Origin: Octopus sinensis
Lineage: Eukaryota
Direction of reading: 5' to 3'
Assembly (NCBI RefSeq): GCF_006345805.1
Contig: NC_043000.1
Location: 142,848,001 to 142,912,000 of the forward strand
Length of the DNA stretch: 64,000 nucleotides
Part shown: positions 39,533 to 51,910 of the stretch, one piece after another
How positions within the stretch are numbered: the first letter of the stretch is position 1
Layout: each line of letters begins with the position of its first letter
Notes under the pieces: generated by a model
Databases searched by the model: none
Seen by the model: the letters and a program-made list of their open reading frames with translations, nothing else
Told to the model about the DNA's origin: nothing
Translations under genes and position numbers: made by a program

Positions 39533-40045
39533 CTAGCAGTATCGCCTGGCGTTGCTTGGGTTTGTAAGGGAAATAACTATATAAGCATTTTTAGAGAGTT
39601 TCTTCCCTTATAGATACCAATTCGGGCTTTCTTAGCCATTTCTGTTTTGGTGTCTTCAAGCCATGAAGTCGTTGTTCTAAAAGAACGCTGGTCTCCTTGA
39701 CAACGCTTTACAACGTTGATTTCCTTACACTCCCTTCCCCACTGCTTCACGAGGGAGGGAAGAAGGGGGAGAAGCAAACAGGTGCAGGTGTGACCATGGA
39801 CGCCAACTCCGCCGCCATCGACACACGAACAATTATGCATTAAAATGGAATAAAAAATGATGTTAAATTATTTTTAAAATCGTAGACTCATCGTAGACGC
39901 GTTCTAATACTCAGATGGGCTCGATATGAATCACGACTATAAGATACCCGAATTTGGTTAAACTGTACCGCAAAATGTGGGAGTAGTTAGGAATCTAAAT
40001 CGAAGGGGACAGACACTCACACAACTACACTTTTATATATATAGA
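39533..40045 (-). mobile_element. Non-autonomous Helitron (longer variant)
   Basis: Reverse complement has a TC start, hairpin and CTAG|T end; extra ~200-bp internal segment. Confidence 0.85.
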
Positions 40046-40051
40046 TATATA

Positions 40052-40081
<30 letters not shown>

Positions 40082-40112
<31 letters not shown>

Positions 40113-40128
40113 TAGAGAGAGAGATAGT

Positions 40129-40186
<58 letters not shown>

Positions 40187-40205
40187 TAGATAGATAGATG
40201 GATAG

Positions 40206-40269
<64 letters not shown>

Positions 40270-40291
40270 GGATAGATATAGATGGATAGAT

Positions 40292-40326
<35 letters not shown>

Positions 40327-40369
40327 TAGATGGATAGAAAGATAGATGGATAGATATAGATGGATAGAT

Positions 40370-40401
<32 letters not shown>

Positions 40402-40412
40402 TTAGATAGATT

Positions 40413-40468
<56 letters not shown>

Positions 40469-40489
40469 TATATAGATAGATAGATAGAT

Positions 40490-40520
<31 letters not shown>

Positions 40521-40559
40521 TAGATAGATAGATAGATATAGATAGATAGATAGATAGAT

Positions 40560-40621
<62 letters not shown>

Positions 40622-40622
40622 T
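40082..40622. repeat. (GA)n followed by a ~500-bp (GATA)n array
   Basis: Direct inspection. Confidence 0.95.
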
Positions 40623-41021
40623 GAATAATAGTCAGAAAGGCATAATGTTCACATATATCTCATGATTTAATTGCTGAGTGCAATTAAATGATGAGATATT
40701 CCTTTGCAATAAACGCCATTATTTATATAATTACATAATTAAGATAATTAATTAATTAATTTAAAAGTGCAGGTGACAACTGCATGCATTGGGTAAGGAT
40801 GAGGAGTGGCCAGTGAGTTCAGGGAGATAGCTTAGAGGAGAAGACTGACAATACAGAAATAGTGGTGGGTTGTTAATACGCTCAATGTACCTACTTCTTC
40901 CTCACTTCTTTCTTCTCTATTCACACTCTCCCTCTCTCTCACATTTACTCCACCTCTCTAAGTAACTAAAGTATAACGGGCGAACGAACAAGCAGATTAT
41001 TATATAGATTATTATTGTGAA

Positions 41022-41252
41022 AGCGGTGAGCTGGCACAAACGTTAGCACACCGGGCGAAATGCTTAGCAGTATTTCGTCTGCATTACGTTGTGAGTTCAA
41101 ATTCCGCCGAGGTCGACTTTGCCTTTCATCCTTTCGGGTTCGATAAATTAAGTACCAGTTACGCACTGGATTCGATGTAATCGACTTAATACCTATGTCT
41201 GTCCTTGTTTGTCCCCTCTGTGTTTAGCCCCTTGTGGGTAATAAAGAAATAG
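41022..41252 (+). mobile_element. SINE family B
   Basis: Match to family B. Confidence 0.9.
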
Positions 41253-41624
41253 GTTGTAAGAGTGTAGGGCAGTTGTAGTGAATAGTGATGGAGTGATGTA
41301 TGGGAATGGGGGAGAGTTAATTTGGTGGTACAAGAGGTGATCAATGTAAAATGTGGGTGGAGAGAATAATATTAAGAATGAAAGCTGGATAAGAAGTGAA
41401 ATGGTTCCTGGGGGTAAGAAACGTAAGCAGTATCTACAAAGCCTTGTAAAGTATGGAGTTTTGCTAACAGTTAATTCCAGCAGCAATTACTGCAGTTAGG
41501 GATGGGAAAATCTGAGTGATGGGAAAATCTTGAGGAGGAAATTGGGCAGGAGAAGTTGTTGTGCACATCGTGCTTCCAGAATCTCACTTTTGCCAAAGTA
41601 GGGGACTCCTTTGATGAATTGCAT

Positions 41625-41807
41625 ATCGCTAGTCATCCTTGTTGTTGGTCATCTCCTCTGTTGATTTCAAGTCTCTGAGGTCAGCCTTCACTATTTCATC
41701 CAATGTTCTCTTAGGTGTTCCTCTTCTGCAACTTCTATCCCTATCAAGTGATCAGCACCTTGTTATGCTGCTGTCCTCACTCAGGTGCATCGCTTGTCCA
41801 TACCTAT
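41625..41807 (-). pseudogene. RTE LINE C-terminal remnant
   Basis: Minus translation GQAMHLSEDSSITRC*...RRGTPKRTLDEIVKADLRDL. Confidence 0.65.
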
Positions 41808-42030
41808 TTCTTTATTACCCACAAGGGGCTAAACATAGAGAGGACAAACAAGGATAGACATAGGTATTAAGTCGATTACATCGACCCCAGTGCGTAACTG
41901 GTACTTATCGACCCCAAAAGGATGAAAGGCAAAGTCGACCTCGGCGGAATTCGAACTCAGAACATAACGGCAGACGAAATACCACTAAGCATTTCGCCCA
42001 GTGTGCTAACGTTTCTGCCAGCTCACCGCC
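41808..42030 (-). mobile_element. SINE family B
   Basis: Reverse complement match to family B. Confidence 0.9.
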
Positions 42031-42904
42031 TAATATATAATTAGAATGATGATCAATTGGATACTAAGCTTACTTGAACAAGTAAGAATAAACCTTCTTC
42101 TTTCTTGAATACTACCTCTGATTCTTTCCATACCCAGTTTCTCTTTTAAACCATTTGTACTTTATCATTCCTGCATATCCAAACAGAGTATGCTAGCTTA
42201 ATTCCTTTCCAATCTTTTCAAGTCCTATGTCTCATCATCATCATCACTATTAACATCTGTTTCCCATGCTGGCATGGATCGGACCATCTCACCAGATCCA
42301 ATGAGCCACAGGGCTGCATAATGCACCATGTTAACCATGGCATGGTTTCTATGGTTGCATGCCCTTCCTAATACCAGTAACTCCACAATATATACTGGAT
42401 GCTTTTCTTCATGCCACTGGTTTTAGTAAGGCTGTCAAGTAACTTGCAGCATGAGAAAGAATAAGAGAAGGCTAAAAGGCAGTGAAAAGGAAAAAAAAAC
42501 CCTTTCAAATAAGCAGGATGAGGATTTGACAGGGTGGAGAGGTGATATTATGCCAGGGGAAAGTAGGGACAAGCAGAGGTAGAGCTGTCTTGTTATCGAG
42601 AAGATTTGTGGGTGGGAGAATCTGTGGAAAGGGTGAGATGGTAGGGATAGGGTACCAGAGTAACAATAAGAAGCAAGAGATGATACAGGCACTGGATTAG
42701 GAGTGGGATGTGGTTGTAAGAGAGAAAGAGATGGTTGTAGATGAGGATACAAGTGAATGTAATATGTGATGAATAGGAATTGAGGTTCGGTTTGATAGGG
42801 AATATCAGTATGGGTGGTGGGTAAGATAGGAGAGATAGAAGATACTCAGGGATGAGAGTCAAAGGAGTAGATGTTGAGCATGACATAGAGATACTGGGGA
42901 TAGA

Positions 42905-43012
42905 GATCATCATCATCATCATCATCATCGTTTAACGTCCGTTCTCCATGCTAGCATGGGTTGGACGGTTCGACCGGGGATCTGGGAAGCCAGAAGGCTG
43001 CACCAAGCTCCA
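42905..43012 (-). mobile_element. RTE-type 3' end (family C), short
   Basis: (CAT)n CGTTTAACGTCCG... block. Confidence 0.8.
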
Positions 43013-43134
43013 GATGTAGAAGTAAATAAGAGGTAGCTGTAGTGAGTGGGCATCTTGGCCAACATGAGAAGATGCTGGGAATGATAGCTGATACATGAGG
43101 TGATAAGATACACAAATACACACACACACACTCA

Positions 43135-43199
43135 TATTTATAGGAAGTTAATTATATGGTCATTTTATGACCAACCACATAATTAACTTCCTATAAATA
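43135..43199. repeat. 65-bp imperfect palindrome
   Basis: TATTTATAGGAAGTTAATTAT...ATAATTAACTTCCTATAAATA, 21-bp perfect arms. Confidence 0.9.
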
Positions 43200-43266
43200 C
43201 ATTACTGTGCTTCTTTCTTTCCTTTTGATATATGATCAACTGATGATATATATATATATATATATG

Positions 43267-43329
<63 letters not shown>

Positions 43330-43355
43330 ATATATATATACATATATATATATAT

Positions 43356-43617
43356 AATTGTGTGTGTGTGTATGTATCATCATCATCATCGTTTAACGTC
43401 CGTTTTCCGTGCTAGCACAGGTTGGACGGTTCAACCGGGGTCTGGGAAGCCAGGGGCTGCACCAGGCTCTATTCTGATCTGGCAGAGTTTCTACAGCTGG
43501 ATGCCCTTCCTAACGCCAACCAGTGTAGTGGGTGCTTTTTACGTGCCACCTGCACAGGTGCCAGGGGGGGCCGGCGTGTGTGTGTGTATATATGAGTGTG
43601 TGTATATATATATATAT

Positions 43618-43652
<35 letters not shown>

Positions 43653-43942
43653 ATATATATATATGTATATATGTATATATATATATACATATATATATAT
43701 ATAATTGTGTGTGTGTGTATGTATCATCATCATCATCGTTTAACGTCCGTTTTCCGTGCTAGCACAGGTTGGACGGTTCAACCGGGGTCTGGGAAGCCAG
43801 GGGCTGCACCAGGCTCTATTCTGATCTGGCAGAGTTTCTACAGCTGGATGCCCTTCCTAACGCCAACCAGTGTAGTGGGTGCTTTTTACGTGCCACCTGC
43901 ACAGGTGCCAGGGGGGGCCGGCGTGTGTGTGTGTATATATGA

Positions 43943-43990
<48 letters not shown>
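43356..43990. repeat. Tandem duplication, period ~347 bp (family C fragment + microsatellite)
   Basis: Units starting at 43356 and 43703 are identical outside the TA tract and share private variants. Confidence 0.9.
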
Positions 43991-43998
<8 letters not shown>

Positions 43999-44711
43999 GT
44001 ATGTATATATAAATGTATATATGTATGTATATATTTATATATGTGTGTATGTATGTGTATATGTATATATTTATATGTATGTATATTTATATATGCATAT
44101 GTATATGTCTATATACATATACCCTTCTGGCATGGTTTGGACAGATTGTCTTGCTCCATTTCAATAATTATTTTTCAAGTTACAGCTACTTAAACTAGCC
44201 AGAGAACTGTGTCGTGCTTGGTCATTTCATATTTGATTTGCTTTCAATGGCCATTTATACCTGTGTACACACACACACATACACACAGAATCAAACATAC
44301 ACAAACACACAAATACACAAAAATACATACACACACATGTTTAACATAGTGTACAAGCGTTACTTTCGCCATGACTTTCTCTTGTGTTACTGGTAATATA
44401 CATGTCAGGAAGAAAAATTAAACAACAAACAAATTTATTATTGTTCCCAATACAGTTTCAAATCTGTCAGGAACAAATGTTTAATTACAGTTAGAATATT
44501 AAACAGTATTTAATAACAACAAAAACATAAATATCTTTAAGTGCAGGCATGGCTGTGTGAAAAGAATTTTTTTTTCTCAACCACAGGGTTCTGAGTTCAT
44601 ATCCACTGAGTGGAACTTTGGGGCGGGTTTCATCTGCTAAAGCCCTTGGCTGACCATAACTTTGAGAATGAGTTGGTTTGTTAGACAGAAAGTAAAAGAA
44701 TACTATCATAT

Positions 44712-44874
44712 ATACTCTTTACCTTTATTCGAGCAAATCAACCCCAGGACTTATTCTTTGTAAGCCTGGTACTTATTCTATCGGCCCCTTTTGCTGAACT
44801 GCTAAGTTACGGGGACGTAAAGACACCACCATCGGTTGTCAAGACTGTTGGGGGATAAACACAGACACATAAAC

Positions 44875-44915
<41 letters not shown>

Positions 44916-45072
44916 CGATGGGCTTCTTTAAGTTTCCGTCTACCAAATCCACTCACAAGGCTTTGGTCGGCCCAAGACAATAGTAGAAGACACTTGCCCA
45001 AGGTGCCAAGGAATGAACCCAGAACCATGTGGTTGGTAAGCAAGCTACTTACCATACAGCCACTCCTGCACT
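44712..45072 (-). mobile_element. SINE family A (tail partly deleted)
   Basis: Reverse complement match. Confidence 0.85.
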
Positions 45073-45709
45073 TATGCATATATGACGCACACACACACAT
45101 ATATATACATACATATATTTATATATAAAATGTAATATAAGGGAATGAAAAATTGTAAGTGTAAACGAACTTTAATTCAATTCATAATCCAAGTTGGTAC
45201 AGAACCAATATACATTCTACAAATTGTTTCGGAGTCTAATTAATTTCAAAGACAAAAACGAAAAACTCAGCATGAAATAAAAATTAGATTCCTTGTCAGG
45301 AATTACATACTCCTATGAATAATCATGACCAACAAAATATACACTTTGGTTAGAGGTTATGTTAGCCTAATGAAGGGATTTTGTCATCCAAGGAAATACT
45401 GGTTCAATATCTAATATTGTGCGGGGAATTGATTTCCTTAAAAAAATAGCTATGTATATAAAAACCTGTAGTTAATATTCATATAAAGAAAGAAGGAAAT
45501 GGAGATTGGGAAGTTAATAAAAGTTTATTATCAAGAACAAATCGAACATTATCACTTACAGTTGTTTCATTTACACTTCAGTGAATTAATTAAATATAAA
45601 GTTTGCATTTCTGAGCATAATGTCTTCAGAGGGAAATAAAATATGCCCTTAGATGTTTTGTAAGTTTGTTTATGGATTCCTTATAGTAGACTATATATAT
45701 GTTTATGAA

Positions 45710-45940
45710 GGTGGCGAGCTGGCAGGAACATTAGCACGCCGGGCGAAATGTGTAGCCGTATTTCGTCTGCCGTTACGTTCTGAGTTCAAATTCCGCCGAG
45801 GTCGACTTTACCTTTCATCCTTTCGGGGTCGATAAATTAAGTGCCAGCTATGCACTGGGGTCAATGTAATCGACTTAATCACTTTGCCTGTCCTTGTTTG
45901 TCCTCTCTATGTTTAGCCCCTTGTGGGCAATGAAGAAATA
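45710..45940 (+). mobile_element. SINE family B
   Basis: Match to family B. Confidence 0.9.
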
Positions 45941-46260
45941 TATATATATATATGTTTATGTGTGTGTGAGTGTATGTATGTCTTGACATCATGTAATGCT
46001 GTAAATAAATATCATTCATTATCAAATTCTGCAAAAACATTTCCAGCCATAAGGAATAATTTACTTGCATGAAAACTGATGTTGGTTTGCAACAGAAAGG
46101 GCATCTGGTTGTTGAAAGTCTGCCTCATTAAATTCTATTGAACCTATGCAAGCACGGAAAGTGGACATTATGTTGATGGTAGTGGTGAGGATGATTATAT
46201 ATATATATATATATATATATATTTGCTAAAATATCTTATTGACGAGTTTCATTTTTTTCA

Positions 46261-46344
46261 CTTTCCTGAGGAGAAGATTGCATTATTTATACCATTTATT
46301 CATTTGAATAGTATCAGTGGAAATTTCGAAACATGTGTCGAAAG
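46261..46344 (+). ncRNA. Type I hammerhead ribozyme-like motif, canonical core, GUC site
   Basis: CTTTC-CTGAGGA-GAAG[47 nt]TTTC-GAA-ACATGTGT-C-GAAAG; stem I extends TTTT-C-A / T-A-AAAA; folded by eye. Confidence 0.7.
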
Positions 46345-46464
46345 TAAAAATATTTGATTACACCTGCGTTAAACTCCATTTATTTATTCATATATATATT
46401 TATATATTTGCCCCACCCATGCCAGCATACAAGGTAGATGTGTCAAATGATGATGATAATGATG

Positions 46465-46497
<33 letters not shown>

Positions 46498-46969
46498 CAC
46501 ACACATGACCCATTGCTATGAATATCTTTAATTTTTAGCAGAAATATATCTACAGTGGAAAATTTCCTAATCTAAAATAAACATCATCGAATGTTTTTAT
46601 ATTAAGATTTTAAATCTTAAGTAAGATTAACACAACATTAAGTCCAGATTATTTCATAACCATAAAATCAAGATCGAATAGTTATTCAGATTGAATCATT
46701 AATAAGATAAAATTAAATCAAATCTAAGTTTATAATATAACTAAGGTTATATCATATCTAAGATAAAATTAACTCCTGACTATGGCAACAATAAATAAAA
46801 AAATATCTAATAAATCTATAGGAATATTTCTCAAATTACTTGCATATGTAACGTTATTAAACTATACCCAGCTCAAGGATTTTTCTTCAAAACCTCAAAA
46901 TACTTCAGCTTTGATTCAACTGAAGTACATTTATATTGTGGTGTGGATGGTTTAGCTTAATGGTTCAGA

Positions 46970-47277
46970 GCATCATCATCATTCGACCGTGATCGAGACA
47001 ATGGAATTTACCAAGCTACGCCAGACTTCATGGTCCTTCATGGCATTATGGAGGTCCTGTTGCTGGATGCCTGTATCCCTGGAGATTACATCAGGATAGG
47101 TGAGTGTGCGCCCTCTGGCATTGCGAGTAGATGGCTTCCAGAGGAGGAGAGTAGAAATTACCTCTTTTTCAGCTCTACAACAATGTCCAGCAAACTGGAC
47201 TCTCCTACCTTTCACAAGAGATGATACAGGTGGTAGTTTCCCATATATTTGCATTTTGGTTGGATGGCACTTCCACG
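46970..47277 (-). mobile_element. 5'-truncated RTE/RTE-X-like LINE 3' end, uninterrupted ORF end
   Basis: ORF 46979-47284: RRVQFAGHCCRAEKEVISTLLLWKP...RGRTLTYPDVISRDTG...WRSLV, then a (TGA)n tail. Confidence 0.85.
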
Positions 47278-47332
47278 AGAGCACTGCGACACGTAATCAC
47301 AGAGGTGTGAGTTCGAGTCACATAGCCGACCA
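47278..47332 (+). other. 3' half of a tRNA-like sequence (pseudo-tRNA or SINE head, CGT anticodon-like loop)
   Basis: CTGCGA-CACGTAA-TCACAG arm, GTTCGAG T-loop, ends ACCA; 5' half replaced by the LINE; 47345-47415 recurs inverted at ~27925-28000. Confidence 0.45.
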
Positions 47333-47557
47333 CCAACACGTTTTTATGCAAAATAGGGGTAGCTTATCCTGTTCAGGCTATATTATTAACATTATTCTGC
47401 ATTTTGAGAATTTAAAATCACTTCTCTAACTTTCTAAGACATCTCAATGCTTCTAAAGTAAACCTCGCTTGTTTACGTTCATAGTAATTTGAATTTATTT
47501 ATATTGTTGTTTTTTTACCTGTCTGAAACATTACTGTTTTATACACATTAGAATATC

Positions 47558-47788
47558 TATTTCTTTACTGCCCACAAGGGGCTAAACATAGAGGGGACAA
47601 ACAAGGACAGACAAACGGATTAAGTCGATTACATCGACCCCAGTGCGTAACTGGTACTTAATTTATCGACCCCGAAAGGATGAAAGACAAAGTCGACCTC
47701 GGCGGAATTTGAACTCAGAACGCAACGACAGACGCAATACCGCTAAGCATTTCGCCCGGTGTGCTAACGTTTCTGCCAGCTCACCGCC
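47558..47788 (-). mobile_element. SINE family B with 21-bp TSD
   Basis: TTTTATACACATTAGAATATC at 47537-47557 and 47789-47809. Confidence 0.9.
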
Positions 47789-48405
47789 TTTTATACACAT
47801 TAGAATATCATGAACTGAATCCTCCTACCAAAAAGAGCTCTCTGTCTGATGGACTAAGTAAAGCTCAGCCAAATACTTCCACCTCTACTCTGTACACTTT
47901 ACTCTTCTATCTGCCTTTTCTACTGATATTACAGAAACTGCTCTATAGAACTGGTAAGTCTTGTGCAACCTTCAGTTTGGTACTGCCACAAACTCACTCA
48001 TGCTTCATCATCTCATTGCTTATATGTTCACTTCCAACCCAACACTGCACTAAAATCTATACCTAGTCTTTCCTCAACCCAGCTCTGCTTTAAAAACTAT
48101 AGCTAGTCTTTCCTGAATGCTTCAACGCACTGGAACCTATCCATGATCACCACTCACTTCAAGACCTTCCAGTCCTTCACATGCCTGTCCACACACTCTC
48201 CATGCCCTCACATATCTATCCTAACCTTCTCACAGCCATTCTAATTTCTCTCACAACCATTTGTTACAGTCAACCCTTCCCCATCTTGAAATGCCTCCTT
48301 TTACTCTTATATGGAATACACCCTCTATCCTCATCAGTAGCCTTTTTACTCCTCACCACTGTTCTCTGAATTAGGTCTCTCACTCTCTCTCTCCCTCTCT
48401 CCCCC

Positions 48406-48435
<30 letters not shown>

Positions 48436-48437
<2 letters not shown>

Positions 48438-48558
48438 GAAGGGCATCCAGTTGTAGAAACTCTGCCCGATCAAGATTGGAGCCTGGTGCAGCCATCTGGT
48501 TCGCTTGTCCTCAGTCAAATCGTCCAACCCATGCTAGCATGGAAAGCGGACGTTAAAC

Positions 48559-48594
<36 letters not shown>

Positions 48595-48595
48595 A
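48436..48595 (+). mobile_element. RTE-type 3' end (family C)
   Basis: GAAGGGCATCCAG...GGACGTTAAACG(ATG)n. Confidence 0.85.
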
Positions 48596-48669
48596 TTATA
48601 TATATATATATATATATCAAGTAGTTGTATACTGTCGACAATACCAGGAATGTTCAAAAACTAGGCTTT

Positions 48670-49578
48670 GACTCCCTCAAATGTCTGTGGAGGGATCCTT
48701 AGAAGTAGCAGAGAGTTTCTGTTACTTATGTGAACAAGTTGGTAGTGGGGGAGGTTGTTCTGAAAACATAGCTGCTAAAATAAGAATAGGCTGGGCAAAG
48801 TTCTGAGAACTACTGCTGCTGTTAGTAATGAAGGGCCTCTGCCTCAGGGTGAAAGGCAGATTGTATGAACTCAGTGTATGAACGGCTATGCTACACTGCA
48901 GTGTGACTTGGGCTGTGACTACTGAGCATATGTGAAGGCTTGAAAGAAATGAAGCCTGTATAATCCAAGGGATGGGTTTAGTATGCATATATGACAGTAT
49001 AAATGACTTGAGAGAATAACTGGGTATACGAGGCTACAGATGTAGCATGAGAGACAGAAGACTGTATTGGTATGATCATGTAATATATATGAATGAAGAT
49101 AGCTGCATCAAGAGGTGCCAGTCTCAAATTGTAGAGGGAACATGTGGAAGGTGTATACCTAGGAAGACGTGGAACAAAGTGGTGAGAAAGGATTTATGGA
49201 TGTTGGGATTCATAGAGAGGATGACAGGGGACTGTGTCACCTAGGGGTTTGTTGTGCTTGAAAAGTCAGGTCAAGTTAAGGAAAAGTTTGGTTGTCCTTG
49301 CATACAGTATTGTCCCCTGCATCCCTCTCCAGCTGAACATACCTAACCTTGTGGGCTCATGATTGCTGATGCCACGTAAAAAGCACCTGTAGCAGTGTCA
49401 CATAAATACAGCCAGTACACTCTGTAAAGGGGTTGGTGTTAGGAAGGGCATCCAACCATAGAAACTAAGTCAAAACAGACACAGAGAATGGCTAGCTGAA
49501 GCACTGCCCAGCTCCTATCAAACCATCCAACCCATGCCGGCATGGAAAACAGACGTCAAATGATGATGATAATGATGA
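48670..49578 (+). mobile_element. RTE-clade LINE 3' portion (decayed RT C-terminus + 3' UTR)
   Basis: LEVAESFCYL...KIRIGWAKF*ELL...RVKGRLY...RRLYWYDHV...RKTWNKVVRKDL, followed by the family C 3' block and (GAT)n. Confidence 0.85.
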
Positions 49579-49914
49579 TATATATATGTATGTACATATA
49601 TACATATTGAAGATCTTTCTAAAGTTCTGCATATGACTGAATTATTTATCACTCTAAGACTGGAATGGACAAAGTTTTTTTAAGAAGTAGGTCACAAAGA
49701 CATATTTTAGTTTGCACAACTAGTTAATTTTTCATTAGGCATGCCTTTCAGAAAGTCTCACAGACTATAGTTTGTCCATGATTGCTCTAAGACAAACAGC
49801 TTATTATGTCTTTCGTAGACTAAGAAAGTATCATTTCTTTGCTGGATTTCGCAATTTAACTGAATAACATTGAAGAAATAACCACTGGAATTATATTTAC
49901 GTGAAGGTAGATAC

Positions 49915-49991
<77 letters not shown>

Positions 49992-50746
49992 CATGCGTGT
50001 GTGTATATGCATGCTGTGCCAACTTGGAAATTCTAAATTTTGGTTGACATTATGAGAGATGTATGCAATATGCTAATTTCTCTCAGAGCGAAACAATGCT
50101 TTGGTCCAAATTTGAACACAAGACTTCAGACTTTACCATTCAGCCACATAACTACTTCCAAATAACGTAGCTTCAAGTAAGATGTTCTCATGAAATTAGA
50201 TGTCCCATAAACATGAAAGCTACGACAATGATATTATCTAGACTCGCAGGCTGTTGTAAACAACTGACAATTCATAAGATATTAGGTGCCATTAAGAAAC
50301 AAATGGCCACTGCCCTGGACAATATTATGTGTAGTCTTTTAATATATAAAAAGTAGGTTACATCTCTCCACTATCTCTCCCTCTGTAGTTATTTATCTTT
50401 TTATCTCTCTATTATCTATCTATCCATTTATCTCTCACAAGCCCACACATTCTCTCTCTCTCTTGCTCTTTCCTTCACAGTTTCTCTTGCTTGCTCTCTC
50501 TCTCTCTCCTTCTCTCTTTCTCCTTCTTTCTCTCTCCTTCTCTTATCCCACCCCTATCTCAATCTCATCTGTAAGAAAAGTAAGTGAAATAGCTTCATTT
50601 TCTTCTTGCTCTCACAAGATAATTTGCAATTCATTCCTCCATGAAAGGTCTCTAAATTTCAATTAGAAAACAAATAAAAAACCTGTAATGAAAAAATAAA
50701 GAGAAATACATACATACATACATACATACATACATACATACATACA

Positions 50747-50860
<114 letters not shown>

Positions 50861-51769
50861 CATACATATATACATTTCCCCCTTTTTTTCTTTCTGTAAC
50901 CTCAAGCTAGACACCTAGCATTTTCTGTAATAAACTCATTAATGTAGATTTTGTTGTTTTATAACTAATTAACTGCACAGAGATAAATTAATGAAACAAT
51001 TTGAAGACAGTAATGATTTTGCTGTTTTCCACATTTTCTAAAGTTAGTTTCATTTTCTGAGATTTCTTTATCTTTTCCTTTTTCGTTCCTTTTGTATGTG
51101 TGTTTGCATGTGAGCATTTGTGTGTGTGTATATATATATGTATGTATATATATTCTGATTGAAGTAAAATGACTGGATTCATTGTCTATCAGTGCATAGT
51201 AAAACTGATTCTCAAGGTTTTGCTTTCTTAATCTTCCAAAGTCATTCTCCATTCCCCTATGGCAAGGCTTTCAATATTTCCTAATTCATTTTAGAAAGCA
51301 AGAATATTAAGTAGTGGTTAATCAGTTATCAGGAAATCTAACGTATGCTATGGAAGGGTTCCATGTCAGCAAAAAATTGCCTCTCACCTCTCACGTATCA
51401 GATTCCATCAAAGCCAAACATTATTGCTAATTTGTCTTGTAAGGAATTTTAGTTTGGAGAAAAATCTGTGAAATTTCTAGGGATATCTATTTTATGTTGC
51501 TCTAACTTAGTACTCGTCAAAAATATATATAAAATAATAATGACTTCTAATTTAAGCAGAAGACTAACAATTTTGAAACCAGGGGTTGAGTCAATTACCA
51601 TTAACAATAGCTGTTTACTGGTTCTTTATTATAGAGATGTACTTGCATAGCAAGTGATCTGATCTGAGATCGTGTGCTGGAACGAAAACAATTGCAGCGT
51701 GGAAGGTGTTTGTAAGCCATTTAAGAAACACACAAAAGCCGTTAGATTCACTTCAACATTTAAGTTTAA

Positions 51770-51820
51770 TTTGTCAAAATATTTTCATCGCTATGGGACC
51801 GCGACCTGTTCACTGACAAA
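51770..51820 (-). ncRNA. Mirror copy of the variant hammerhead-like motif
   Basis: Reverse complement: TTTGTCA-GTGAACA-G-GTCGC[ggtcccata]GCGAT-GAA-AATATT-T-TGACAAA. Confidence 0.5.
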
Positions 51821-51859
51821 AATCTGTGCTGCATTGGATGCAGAGATGCAGCACGGATT

Positions 51860-51910
51860 TTTGTCAGTGAACAGGTCGCGGTCTTAAAGCGACGAAAATA
51901 TTTTGACAAA
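51860..51910 (+). ncRNA. Variant hammerhead-like motif with G3:C8 core
   Basis: TTTGTCA-GTGAACA-G-GTCGC[9 nt]GCGAC-GAA-AATATT-T-TGACAAA; folded by eye. Confidence 0.55.
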
